Origin: Promethearchaeota archaeon
GTDB taxonomy: Archaea > Asgardarchaeota > Lokiarchaeia > Sigyniarchaeales > SOKP01
Direction of reading: 5' to 3'
NCBI GenBank assembly: GCA_048941285.1
Contig: JBHLNS010000019.1
Location: forward strand, 1 to 51,348
Length of the DNA stretch: 51,348 bases
The notes below the pieces were generated by a model, which was not told the origin of the DNA, ran no database searches, and saw nothing but the letters and a program-made list of their open reading frames with translations. Made by a program: the position numbers and the translations under genes. The stretch's first letter is position 1, and every line of letters begins with the position of its first letter. Below are positions 9,578 to 19,854 of the stretch, piece by piece.

Positions 9578-10579
9578 TTATGAATTAAGAAAATTGAGAG
9601 TAGCTCCGATTAATATAGATTCATTTTTCTTCTGAGAATGTCCTCCTTTCTTTAAGATTATAATATTTTTTTTAGGGGGTTCTAAAATCAATATATTTTC
9701 TTTTAAATTTTTGAATTTTATGACTTTATCGTTTTTACAATGTATTAACATTACTCGCTTTGCGAGTTTTTCCCATTCTTCTGAAGTTATCTCCTCTTTT
9801 ACTTTTTTCATTAATAGAAAAGGGCTTAATAGGTTATCTTCTTTGGCATTTGGGAATAATTTCACCCCTTTCATTATATAACTAAGCATAATAATAAGAT
9901 TATATTTTGGTATATTCTGTTTATAATGAGACATTGACGAAATAGCAATAATTTTCTGAATTATTTTATTAGAAAAACCTCCAGATAAAACAGTAATAGC
10001 ACCAATACTAAAACCAATACAATATACTTTTCTATTTATAAATTCTTTTTGATTTTTTACCCAATCAATAATTTCCTTAAAATCTTCGATTCTTTTTAAA
10101 AAATCACTTCTTTTCCCAGTCTTTTTTGACTTTCCAGTACCTCTCGCATCGTAAGCCAGTATTATGTAGCCCTGATATGCAAGTGGAAAATAGAAATATT
10201 GTAATGTTTCTTTTGTGTCGGAAAAACCGTGACAGACTATAATAATAGCATTTTTTTTATCAACTTTTGATTGATTACGATTTATTACTAGATTTCCCGA
10301 TAAAAGTCCATCAGTCACGCCAATTTTAATATTTGAAACCTTGAGATCTTTGAGAAAAAGTTTTCTCCACCTATCAAACCAAAGATCTCTAAAAGACCAA
10401 TAAATCTCAAAAGGAACATATACAATCAGGAATGTTGTAGTTGATAAAGTAAAGCATTTAGAGAAAGCTGTTGTATAGCAAGGATTTCCAAATGAAATAT
10501 TTATTTCCCAGATATACCAGCTAATTAAAATATCAATAATTATTAATATGATGCGTTTTAAAAGATTTGAAAGCAACAT
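9578..10579 (-). CDS. membrane-anchored alpha/beta hydrolase
   Basis: Two N-terminal hydrophobic segments; CHGF, YDARGTG, GFSIG, NDKVI, GGH. Confidence 0.85.
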   Translation of the reverse strand: MLLSNLLKRIILIIIDILISWYIWEINISFGNPCYTTAFSKCFTLSTTTFLIVYVPFEIYWSFRDLWFDRWRKLFLKDLKVSNIKIGVTDGLLSGNLVINRNQSKVDKKNAIIIVCHGFSDTKETLQYFYFPLAYQGYIILAYDARGTGKSKKTGKRSDFLKRIEDFKEIIDWVKNQKEFINRKVYCIGFSIGAITVLSGGFSNKIIQKIIAISSMSHYKQNIPKYNLIIMLSYIMKGVKLFPNAKEDNLLSPFLLMKKVKEEITSEEWEKLAKRVMLIHCKNDKVIKFKNLKENILILEPPKKNIIILKKGGHSQKKNESILIGATLNFLNS

Positions 10580-10646
10580 ATTCCCTAAAAGAGTATAATC
10601 TAAAGCGATTTAGGTGATTAATTAATAAAAAAATAAAAAATAAAAA

Positions 10647-10964
10647 TTATGGCATTTTTGGTTTTGGACATCCATAATCATGAGCAATTTTACAATCTGG
10701 TTTGCTTCTTAAACCGGGACAGGGTTTACATTTAACATCTCGTAACATTTTCACGATATCATCTACTTCCATCCCAAATTCTTCATCCTCATCTTCATCT
10801 GCTAACATATCATCTTCGATTTTACTTAAATCATAATCTAAATCTTCTTCTAAATCATCCTTCCAATCAGCAAGATCCAATATTTCATCTCCTTCTTCAT
10901 CTACTTTTCCATTTGGAACTTCATATTCATCTTCTTCAATTGGCGTACTCTTTTTTTTAGCCAT
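10647..10964 (-). CDS. very acidic small protein with C-terminal Cys cluster
   Basis: ATG at 10964 (the track starts at GTG 10973); long D/E-rich tract, then CKPC...C...H...C. Confidence 0.75.
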   Translation of the reverse strand: MAKKKSTPIEEDEYEVPNGKVDEEGDEILDLADWKDDLEEDLDYDLSKIEDDMLADEDEDEEFGMEVDDIVKMLRDVKCKPCPGLRSKPDCKIAHDYGCPKPKMP

Positions 10965-11081
10965 ATCTCTCACTCACAATTTTAATTTATTTTTAGATAT
11001 TATTGTTTTAATATATAATCTTTGTTAAAATTTAATTTTAATTCGACTTTGAATAACGAAAAATAAAGTAAGAATTGTATT

Positions 11082-13178
11082 TTAGCTAAAATTATTTTTT
11101 ATTATATCTTCTATTTGATTTAATAAATTTTTATTCGAATATAATTGGTTAAATAACATGTTTATTTGATTTAAATTAGAATCTAATTCCTTTAATGAAT
11201 AGACTCTATAATTTTTTATATCAAATATGGGGATATAAAACTTAAATAGGATTTTTTGTGATTCTACTTTTAAATCTAATAAATCTCGCAAGATATTGTA
11301 ATCTAAATTAGACTTTAGGTAAAATTCATCTAAAAATAGCAATTTTACTAAAGAATTGTTTAAAAAATTGAAAAATTTGAGGTATATATTTATTTTTTTA
11401 TAGTATTTCATGTTAAAGGTCTCTAATTCAGCACTTTTAACACTTTCAGAATTATATGAATCAAGATCATATTTTAACTGTGAAAGTAGTTGCAATATCC
11501 TTCCTAGGTAAGATAAAAATATCGGAAATTTTCTTGGGACTGGTAATCTTTTAACAAAACTGCCGTTGAATCTTAAATAACCTCCAGCCATATGTAGTGT
11601 ACCAAATAATGTTTTGAAGATTATGTCCATGAATGTAGAATTCAAAATAGTCAGAAGACAAAATAATTGATCGGTGTTTAATGAATCAATTTTTATGAAA
11701 TAAAGCCCTGTTATATTTACAAATACACCAGGATCATAGCAAAAAGTCAAATCTTTTCCAATTTCTCTAAAAATTAGTTTTTCGCTATTAAGATTTTTCC
11801 AAATTTGCTCAAAATTAGAACGATAATTAAAATATGAAACTATGATGTTTTTGCCTGCAATTTTTATTCTTTTGCTAAATTTAACATAATATTTATCAAT
11901 ATTGCCTGTACCAATTAACAACAAGTCATCGTCTGATTTAGGTTTATCGCTTATATTATCAAAAAATTTGCTATATTTTAAGAAACCAAAAGGCCGATAT
12001 ATAATTTTTAAATCTTTATAGGTTTCTGCCAGTGATTCGAAGTGTTTATATATGTATGTTATTAATTTTATATTTCCTGAAATTGGAATAACTCTTGATG
12101 GTAATTCATTAATTATCTTTTGATCGAATTTTATTATCATATTTCTTTTATATTCAATTAACTCGTTCATATGATTCACTTTTTTAATAGTTACCTCTTT
12201 TTCCTTGTTAGTTTTATCCTTTTTTAATGATAGAATAATTGGGTACGTAGAGGTCTTTTGAAATATGGGTAAAGATGATATATTTATGATTTCTTTTATT
12301 GCTGTTTCATTTGATAATAATAATCTCACTTTAAAGCCATAATCTGCAGATAAAAATTTATTAGGTAAAACAAATGAAAGAAACCCATTTTTTTCTAATA
12401 ATTCTAAAGATTTCTCAATAAAAATAATTGAAAGATCAAATAAACCATAAGCTGTTTTATATCTCTTGGTTATCTTTTTTTTTAACTCCTTATCCTTAAT
12501 CTTTTTATTTTCTACATAAGGAGGATTTCCAATTATTATGTCGAATTTATCAATATTAAAGTCGAATAGAAAATCAAGGTTGAAAAGATTAAATTTAAGA
12601 TCGAGTTTTTCTATCATTTGGTGAATAATCTTGAGACTTAAATTTTTAGTGTTTAAGTTATGAAAGATTTGATCGTTCATATCAGTGGATATAAGCCATT
12701 TAAATAATCTCAATTTTGAAATATTAATAGCTGATTTTTCAATTTCAATTCCATAGAGGTTTTTCTGAATTATTTTTTTTTTAATATCGACACTAGATAA
12801 TTCAGGTTCTACTTTTTGATAAATTTTATATAATTCTTCAGCTATAGATATTAAAAATCTCCCAGAACCACAAGATGGGTCTAAAATCTTTATACTTTTT
12901 ATTTTTTTATTTAAATTTTCTTTATTTTTCTGACTTTTGACTAATTGATTAAATGCTTCTTTTAAGTTAGTTTCAATTTTGAAAATATTCAGAGAATTAA
13001 AAAACTCTTTAAAATATAATTTGAAAATATTAGAAACCATCTGATCTACTAATTGATTTGGTGTATATATTATACCAAGATTACGATCACTATCTTTTCC
13101 AAAGAGTTTTTTATTTTCAAAACTCTCAATTTGCTTTTCAATAAAACTTAATAAATTTTGAGCTAATTTTTTATCCAT
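11082..13178 (-). CDS. N6-adenine DNA methyltransferase, Eco57I/TaqI-like (gamma class), no nuclease domain seen
   Basis: GIIYTP (motif X), DPSCGSG (motif I), GNPPY (motif IV), TaqI_C-like LLTILNS...KRLPVP. Confidence 0.88.
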   Translation of the reverse strand: MDKKLAQNLLSFIEKQIESFENKKLFGKDSDRNLGIIYTPNQLVDQMVSNIFKLYFKEFFNSLNIFKIETNLKEAFNQLVKSQKNKENLNKKIKSIKILDPSCGSGRFLISIAEELYKIYQKVEPELSSVDIKKKIIQKNLYGIEIEKSAINISKLRLFKWLISTDMNDQIFHNLNTKNLSLKIIHQMIEKLDLKFNLFNLDFLFDFNIDKFDIIIGNPPYVENKKIKDKELKKKITKRYKTAYGLFDLSIIFIEKSLELLEKNGFLSFVLPNKFLSADYGFKVRLLLSNETAIKEIINISSLPIFQKTSTYPIILSLKKDKTNKEKEVTIKKVNHMNELIEYKRNMIIKFDQKIINELPSRVIPISGNIKLITYIYKHFESLAETYKDLKIIYRPFGFLKYSKFFDNISDKPKSDDDLLLIGTGNIDKYYVKFSKRIKIAGKNIIVSYFNYRSNFEQIWKNLNSEKLIFREIGKDLTFCYDPGVFVNITGLYFIKIDSLNTDQLFCLLTILNSTFMDIIFKTLFGTLHMAGGYLRFNGSFVKRLPVPRKFPIFLSYLGRILQLLSQLKYDLDSYNSESVKSAELETFNMKYYKKINIYLKFFNFLNNSLVKLLFLDEFYLKSNLDYNILRDLLDLKVESQKILFKFYIPIFDIKNYRVYSLKELDSNLNQINMLFNQLYSNKNLLNQIEDIIKNNFS

Positions 13179-13293
13179 TCAAATTTATCTTTTCATATTA
13201 AAATTCTTTATTATAAATATACTCGAAACCATAATAAAAGTAATACAATTAATTTAAAATAATTACAATATATCATTTAAACAAAATATCATA

Positions 13294-14193
13294 TTGATAG
13301 AAAACTCAAATTTACAGGACTTAATAAAGCATCCTCAAAAAATCTCAAAATTGCAATTTGATGATATTTCAAGTATTATCACAACAGTTATAAAAATCTT
13401 TAAGGAGGAAAATCTACTTTTAGAGTTTAATGTTAATAGAGAAAAAGATTCAGCTTATGTAATTGGAGATATTCATGGTAACTTAGATACCCTAATAGAA
13501 TTAATCAAAATCATAAACAACGAAAACCCTAAATTAATAATTTTTTTAGGAGATATAGTTGATCGAGGATCCAAACAATTAGAATGCCTCCTTATAACTT
13601 TTGCATTAAAGATTCTTTTCCCTTCAAAGTATTATATAATAAGAGGTAATCATGAAACTCTTGAAATGAATAAGTATTATGGATTTTATCAAGATTTTAT
13701 TTCAAGATTTCGTGATCATAATAAGTTCAATGAAATAATTGATGTATATAACTCACTTCCGCTATCTGCTGTGATTAATCAAACAGTTTTATGTTTACAT
13801 GGAGGGATTCCACAAGATATTGAGATTCTAAAAAAAATAAAAGGTCGAAAATGTAAGGATTTTAGTGAAATATTTGCCTCAAATGCACAATCCATATATC
13901 AAATAATGTGGAATGACCCTAAGTCTGAATTAGAAGGATTTTCTGAGAGTTTTAGAGGCCCTGGTATTAAGTTTTTTGGAAAAGATGTATTTGAGTTGTT
14001 TATGAATCATAATAACCTTGATTATCTTATTAGAGCCCATGAATGCTTTCCTGAAGGCTATAGATGGTTCTTTAATAAGAAATTATTATCAATATTCTCA
14101 TCGGCGAATTATAGAGGCATTTATAGCCCTAATCCAGCATCTTACGCAATAATTAAGAATAATGAGATAATATTAAAACTTTTAGAATTGTAG
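13294..14193 (+). CDS. PPP-family Ser/Thr protein phosphatase
   Basis: GDIHG, GDIVDRG, RGNHE, LHGG, WNDP, IRAHE, IFSSANY. Confidence 0.95.
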   Translation: MIENSNLQDLIKHPQKISKLQFDDISSIITTVIKIFKEENLLLEFNVNREKDSAYVIGDIHGNLDTLIELIKIINNENPKLIIFLGDIVDRGSKQLECLLITFALKILFPSKYYIIRGNHETLEMNKYYGFYQDFISRFRDHNKFNEIIDVYNSLPLSAVINQTVLCLHGGIPQDIEILKKIKGRKCKDFSEIFASNAQSIYQIMWNDPKSELEGFSESFRGPGIKFFGKDVFELFMNHNNLDYLIRAHECFPEGYRWFFNKKLLSIFSSANYRGIYSPNPASYAIIKNNEIILKLLEL

Positions 14194-14261
14194 AATTTTT
14201 CGAGTAAAAAATCTCTCCTCTTTAAGAATTCCTATGTTATATAAAATACCTACTCGTAATT

Positions 14262-14525
14262 TTATGAGATTTGGGAAGCATCTGGCTTTATAAAGAGAAG
14301 ATTGTTGCCACGAATGAAAATTTCATTGTATTTGGCAATAGGCTGCCCTTCCATGAGCTCAGTGGCATCTTGAAGAATCATGTTCATATAAGCGTCTATC
14401 TCTCTTAATAAACCTCTATATTCGGTTCCATCTTTCAATCTAAGCAAAATTACCGAACCTTGGCTATTCTGTAAAATTTGTAAAGGGTTCTTGGATCGTT
14501 GTTGATTATTATTTTTACTTGACAT
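14262..14525 (-). CDS. Sm/Lsm RNA-binding protein
   Basis: Sm1 motif YRGLLREIDAYMNMIL and Sm2 motif IFIRGNNLLFI. Confidence 0.95.
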   Translation of the reverse strand: MSSKNNNQQRSKNPLQILQNSQGSVILLRLKDGTEYRGLLREIDAYMNMILQDATELMEGQPIAKYNEIFIRGNNLLFIKPDASQIS

Positions 14526-14636
14526 TTTTAATTCTTATATCAAAAGATTATTATTATAATTATAAAAAAGATAATTTAAAGATAGAATTTTTTGAATTAA
14601 AACCTTACGACATTAAAAAAACAAGATAAAATTTGT

Positions 14637-15251
14637 TTGGTTATCATCTTGGAAGAGCATTCTAAAAATAATAAGAAAAAGAAAAAGATCATTAAAAAAT
14701 ACAATCTTACTTCCTATTTTTATGATAAGAGATATAGTTCAATACAGACAGAAAAATATAAAGTTGTATTAAGTAATTATAGGCCAAAAGGAAGACTTAT
14801 TCTAGATTTAGGTTGTGGTACAGGTTTATTTTTTGAATATATTAAAAATTATTTATTATTTAATGAAGAGATTAAATTAAATTATGTAGGAGTAGATATA
14901 TCTTGGAATATGCTGTTAAAATTTAAATCAAAAGTTAATAATACTGATCTATGCAATCACACTCTGAATATCATTTTATCTGATATTGAAAATTTACCTT
15001 TTAGAGATGATGTATTCATGGCAATTTTTGCTCTTACTTCTTTCCAAAATTTACCCGATACTAAAATTGGAATAAAAGAATCATTTAGAGTTAGTAAAAA
15101 CAATGCTGAATTTAAATTTTCGATACTAAAGAAAAATTTAGATTTAGAATCATTATTAAAGAAATATAAAAGTAAGATCAGAAATTTATCCATAATCAAT
15201 ATTAATACTATAGAAGATATTGTGATTCAGGGGGAAATATTAAAAACATAA
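14637..15251 (+). CDS. class I SAM-dependent methyltransferase; start uncertain
   Basis: LDLGCGTG, GVDIS, DIENLPF. Confidence 0.88.
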   Translation: MVIILEEHSKNNKKKKKIIKKYNLTSYFYDKRYSSIQTEKYKVVLSNYRPKGRLILDLGCGTGLFFEYIKNYLLFNEEIKLNYVGVDISWNMLLKFKSKVNNTDLCNHTLNIILSDIENLPFRDDVFMAIFALTSFQNLPDTKIGIKESFRVSKNNAEFKFSILKKNLDLESLLKKYKSKIRNLSIININTIEDIVIQGEILKT

Positions 15252-15265
15252 GGAGTTAATACTTA

Positions 15266-16141
15266 TCAACTATAAAATGATTGAATAATTTCGTCTATAT
15301 TGCTTTGAATTTTATACTTTTTCTGAAAATAATTACAAATATTCTCAATATCCCTGGCTAAAAGCGAATTGGCATTGGGATGATCAGTTGGAACCCACTG
15401 CAGCCAATCGATTATTAATATGTTACCTTTTTGGCCTATTACTATGTTAAATTCACCTAAATCCCCATGAATCATATTTGCTTTTTTAAATATTATTTTA
15501 TATTGCTTTATTATTCTTTTGAATATTTTTAAAGGTTTATTTATACGTTTATAATAAACCAATTCCTTACCTCTTAAATATGACATTATGATTATATGTC
15601 TGTTATATCCTATTGGTTTTGGAGTATTTAAATTGAGTTCATATATCTTTTCAAGAGCTTCATATTCTTTTTTAGCAGCAAGCCTATTAATGTAAAGCCA
15701 AGATAAATGTCCTCTTTCTCCAATGATGTCTCTTAATTGTTTGATACTTTTAAAGCTTGTTCGCCCCATTCGATAAAATTTTGCTGCATAAATGTTTTTT
15801 TCGTCATCCATGCAACTATAAACATCTGACTCTTTGCCCTTACCTATGAGTGGCCCCAACTGACTGATTATATTTTTTTCAACGAGCGTATGCAACGCAA
15901 GTAAATCATATGCCTTAGAATTGAGAGTGTATGCAATTTCATGTTTAGAGGCATCTCTAATAATTAAATCAAATTTGTGAACTCTTTTTAGACGGAAAAG
16001 TGTTTCTTCCATCTTGTAGCGAGAATAGAACTTAATGTTATTTACAGTTACAAACTCTGATCTTTTCATCCCAATCTCAATTGCCATAAGTATTCTAAGA
16101 TCTTCCTTTTCAAGTTTGGTAAGAAGGCTTGCTACTTGCAA
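15266..16141 (-). CDS. rio2: RIO2-type atypical protein kinase with N-terminal winged helix
   Basis: GKGKESDVY, KFYRMGRTSF, IHGDLGEFNI, IIDWLQ. Confidence 0.93.
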   Translation of the reverse strand: MQVASLLTKLEKEDLRILMAIEIGMKRSEFVTVNNIKFYSRYKMEETLFRLKRVHKFDLIIRDASKHEIAYTLNSKAYDLLALHTLVEKNIISQLGPLIGKGKESDVYSCMDDEKNIYAAKFYRMGRTSFKSIKQLRDIIGERGHLSWLYINRLAAKKEYEALEKIYELNLNTPKPIGYNRHIIIMSYLRGKELVYYKRINKPLKIFKRIIKQYKIIFKKANMIHGDLGEFNIVIGQKGNILIIDWLQWVPTDHPNANSLLARDIENICNYFQKKYKIQSNIDEIIQSFYS

Positions 16142-16152
16142 AGTATTTCCAG

Positions 16153-16935
16153 CTAAAAAATGAATTTTCGATATGTTTTGAAAAAAGATGTTAATTTATA
16201 TATATTTGGTATTTCAAAAATCAATAATGCTATAAAATTCAACAGTAAAAAGTTGAAAATATCTTTTTGTAATATTTGATAAGTGGTTGATGTTTCTTCT
16301 TGGAATAAGAATAAAAAGATCCCTTGGTTTAGGTAAAGAATCAACCCGATTGAAATAATCATACTGTTTATTGAAAGTATGATAACTTGATTTTCATACT
16401 CTATTATTCCAATCATTATATTAATAGAAAAAAATATTAATGTAATCAGAGTTATTAATTTCGAATTATTTAGCCAATTTGCATAAATCAGTTTACCTAC
16501 TTGATAGTTGCCATTAAAACTTGGCCAAAACATGGATACACTTAAATTAAAAAACGATATGATTGGTAGGATTACTGAAATTATTATTGAAACGCTGTAA
16601 ATCCGTATAGTGGTAAATCTGCTAAATTTTAAATGTTTCTGCTTTCCTAATTTCGTGGATTCTAACAATGAATCAAGTTTATTTTGAATTAAAATAGGGA
16701 AATTCTTCTTTGCCATGACTAATTGAATATTTAAGTTAGGATAGTTAGAAACTAATTGTTTTATTTGTCTATAACCTTTTCTAAAATTTTTTTTTTTGCT
16801 TTTGGGACCGTTCCAAACATAGAGAATTTTGTTGTCCTCATCCAAAATTGCACAAATTTCTTGAGATAGTAAATGGTGTTCCTCTTCGATCCAATGAGAC
16901 TTCGACTCATCAAATATAAATGTTCTTAGCATCAA
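16153..16935 (-). CDS. gelsolin-like N-terminal domain fused to a multi-pass membrane region
   Basis: LLSQEICAILDEDNKILYVWNGPKS matches the gelsolin-repeat pattern (LxSxDxxILD...IYVWxGxxS); about four hydrophobic helices follow. Confidence 0.65.
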   Translation of the reverse strand: MMLRTFIFDESKSHWIEEEHHLLSQEICAILDEDNKILYVWNGPKSKKKNFRKGYRQIKQLVSNYPNLNIQLVMAKKNFPILIQNKLDSLLESTKLGKQKHLKFSRFTTIRIYSVSIIISVILPIISFFNLSVSMFWPSFNGNYQVGKLIYANWLNNSKLITLITLIFFSINIMIGIIEYENQVIILSINSMIISIGLILYLNQGIFLFLFQEETSTTYQILQKDIFNFLLLNFIALLIFEIPNIYKLTSFFKTYRKFIF

Positions 16936-17048
16936 TTATCTACTTAACTTAACTAAATTTAGCTTTTATTTTTTACCATGACAATAAGATAAATTAATAA
17001 AAATTAGCGATATAAGAAATTTCTAACCTTGACTTTATAACCAATATT

Positions 17049-17948
17049 TCACTGATTTTCTACTCTCTGTTTTATTTCTTTCCACATATTAGCAATATAT
17101 TCCTCATATATCTTAATAGTCGCATCATCAATAGATTTGAATCTTTTTTGAATATCTAAATAGTTTGTTATTGGCTTTCGTCTTGAAGATTCTAAATACT
17201 TTTTACTAGGTTTCGATAATTCAAATTTACCATCAATAACTTCATAAAGAGGCCAAAAACCTGTTTCATTCGCTAATCTACCAATTAACATTGTATCTTT
17301 TGGTTCATATCCCCATCCTGGAGGGCAGGGCGATAATATATGGAAATATTTTGGTCCTTTTATATCTTTAGCTCTTCTAAATTTTTCAAATAGATCTAAA
17401 GGATAAGCAGCATTTCCTGTAGCGACATATGGAATTCCATGGGCTTCTAATATTTTAGGCATATTTTTTTTATGAACATCCTTTCCTTCCGGCGTGGTTG
17501 TTGTTCGAACACCTAAAGGAGTTGAACCACTTCTCTGAACTCCTGTATTCATATATGCTTCATTATCATAACAAGCATAGATAAAGTTAGTTCTTCTCTC
17601 TGCAGCTCCACTTAAAGCTTGTATCCCTATATCTGTTGTCCCGCCATCTCCTGCAAATGCGAGAACAGTAATTTCATCTGCTAATCCTTTATCTTCTAAT
17701 GAAGCTAGGATTCCTGATGCTGAAGCACCTGTAGTTGCGAAAGGTGTATGGTATACAGAAACTTTAGTTGAACAGAATCCTTGCATTCCATGTAACACCG
17801 TTAAACATGATGCTGGTACTGTTATTATTGTTTTTGGCCCTAATGCTTTAAGTGCAATTCTATAAATCAATGCCATCCCGCATCCTGCGCATGCACGAGT
17901 TCCTGGATAAATAAATTCCTCTTCGGGGAGGTCCATAACATTTACCAT
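17049..17948 (-). CDS. porB: pyruvate/2-ketoisovalerate:ferredoxin oxidoreductase beta subunit (TPP binding)
   Basis: ACAGCG, GDGG...DNEAYMNTG, SPCPPGW. Confidence 0.92.
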   Translation of the reverse strand: MVNVMDLPEEEFIYPGTRACAGCGMALIYRIALKALGPKTIITVPASCLTVLHGMQGFCSTKVSVYHTPFATTGASASGILASLEDKGLADEITVLAFAGDGGTTDIGIQALSGAAERRTNFIYACYDNEAYMNTGVQRSGSTPLGVRTTTTPEGKDVHKKNMPKILEAHGIPYVATGNAAYPLDLFEKFRRAKDIKGPKYFHILSPCPPGWGYEPKDTMLIGRLANETGFWPLYEVIDGKFELSKPSKKYLESSRRKPITNYLDIQKRFKSIDDATIKIYEEYIANMWKEIKQRVENQ

Positions 17949-17954
17949 TATTTT

Positions 17955-19247
17955 TCACCCATTTTTAAAATATGTTGATTCATCATAATCTTTTAATTCT
18001 TCTAATCTTAACCCTAAGAAATCTGTTTTATTTGTGAATATTCCTTTTTCAAATTCATCCAAAGCTTTATGAACACCCGTAATAATATGCTCTGTTTTTA
18101 CATCTCTGCCACCTAAACCTACAATAAAGCCTTTTATATTTGGTCGATTCTTTACTCCATAAAGTGCAGCTTTTAATTCGTAAGATAGAACACCCTCATA
18201 TCCATATCCAATATCTCTATCAAAAACAATTATATTTTCAGTATCTTGGAAGAATTCTTTTAATTCCTCGTGCGGATACGGTCTAAACAATCTAAGGCTT
18301 AATATTCCTATTTTTAAACCTTCTTCTCTTAACTTTTTAATCGCCATTCTAGCTTGTGACGCAACGGAGCCCATAGCAAAGATAATTGTATCTGCATCTT
18401 CGGTTTGAACTTTTTTATATATTCCATTTCCATAAGATCTTGCAAATTTGGAAGCAAACTCGTTATGAACCTCTTTAATTATATCAATTGAATTTTCTAA
18501 AGATTTTTGAAGGGCATATCTATATTCATAATACCCCGGAGCCGTACCTTCTGCTCGTTTAACAATATGAGGTGTGGTAACAGGATCAATGCCTTTTACT
18601 TGTGAAATATCAGATAAATTAATGTGATGGTTAAGAGGTGGCAAAAACTTGTCTATATCTTCTTGATTTTCTAATTGAACAGGCATCATTGTATGACTTA
18701 GTATGTATCCATCATATGCAACTATTGCTGGTAGGTATACACGTGGATCTTCGGCAATCTTAAATGCTTGAAGATTAGTATCATAAATTTCTTGGTTAGT
18801 TTCACACATAAACTGAATCCAACCAACGTCTCTGATTGTTATAAAATCTGAGTGATCTGTCCAAACTGACCATGGTGCCCCAAGTGATCTTGTCGCGAGA
18901 TTAATGATAATAGGTAATCGGTTACCTGCTGCCCATGGTAAAAGTTCATACATTAATTCTAAACCATGAGCAGAAGTTGCAGTGCCAACTCTTGATCCAG
19001 TTGCAGAGGCAGCACAACATACCGCTAAAGCAGAATGCTCAGATTCAACTTTAACGAATCTAGCTTTTAATTGCCCTTCTGAAATGAATTCAGCAATTTT
19101 TTCAACAACAGGACTTTGTGGTGTGATTGGATATGCGGAGACTACGCCTACTTTCGCTTGCCTAAAAGCATGTGCAGCAGCATGATTTCCAGTAAGTATC
19201 ATTACCTTTTTATCTGATTCGATCTTTTCTGATTCGAGTATATTCAA
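17955..19247 (-). CDS. porA: pyruvate/2-ketoisovalerate:ferredoxin oxidoreductase alpha subunit
   Basis: AYPITPQS, VESEHSA, TATSAHGL, GLGGRD; overlaps the porD stop by 4 nt. Confidence 0.93.
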   Translation of the reverse strand: MNILESEKIESDKKVMILTGNHAAAHAFRQAKVGVVSAYPITPQSPVVEKIAEFISEGQLKARFVKVESEHSALAVCCAASATGSRVGTATSAHGLELMYELLPWAAGNRLPIIINLATRSLGAPWSVWTDHSDFITIRDVGWIQFMCETNQEIYDTNLQAFKIAEDPRVYLPAIVAYDGYILSHTMMPVQLENQEDIDKFLPPLNHHINLSDISQVKGIDPVTTPHIVKRAEGTAPGYYEYRYALQKSLENSIDIIKEVHNEFASKFARSYGNGIYKKVQTEDADTIIFAMGSVASQARMAIKKLREEGLKIGILSLRLFRPYPHEELKEFFQDTENIIVFDRDIGYGYEGVLSYELKAALYGVKNRPNIKGFIVGLGGRDVKTEHIITGVHKALDEFEKGIFTNKTDFLGLRLEELKDYDESTYFKNG

Positions 19248-19543
19248 TCAGTCTTCACCTCCTCCATGCTAATAGCTTTAACTGGGCATTCTTCCATACA
19301 AATTCCGCATCCTTTGCAGTGTATTAAATCAATTTCCGGAGGAATTTTTCGTGTCACTACTGCTTCAGGACAATAAAGCCAGCAATTAAAACAACTAAGT
19401 TTTCCCGATTTAACTGGGATACATTTATTTAAATCAATAATAGGTTTCTTCGAACTCCAAGTTCCAGTTTCACCCGCTTCACCAATTACTGGTTTTTGGA
19501 CTGAACCTAATATTTTTTGATAGTCTTTTTTTGAATCAGTCAT
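19244..19543 (-). CDS. porD: 2-oxoacid:ferredoxin oxidoreductase delta subunit (2x 4Fe-4S)
   Basis: TGTW...KP, C...CFNCWLYCP, CKGCGICMEECP. Confidence 0.92.
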   Translation of the reverse strand: MTDSKKDYQKILGSVQKPVIGEAGETGTWSSKKPIIDLNKCIPVKSGKLSCFNCWLYCPEAVVTRKIPPEIDLIHCKGCGICMEECPVKAISMEEVKTD

Positions 19544-19854
19544 CTATCCATCAAAAATAGTTATAAATCAGATTCTGTATGAAATCAAACGTTCATAAGT
19601 TTTTAATTCTTACCATTTATAAAAATAAAAGATTAAGGTAAATTTCACTTTCTTTATTAAAAATTGCATTATTAATATCCAATTAATTGAGCGATATTAG
19701 TTGAAAAATAATATTTGTGTTTAAATAAAAATTAAATACTAAATATTTCATTAGACCTATAGTAAAAAGTTATAAAATTTGAAAATTACTGTAAATGTTC
19801 TGATATTATAAATATTTTTGTGAAGAATTATCTAAATAGCAGGCTAAGGGAAAA

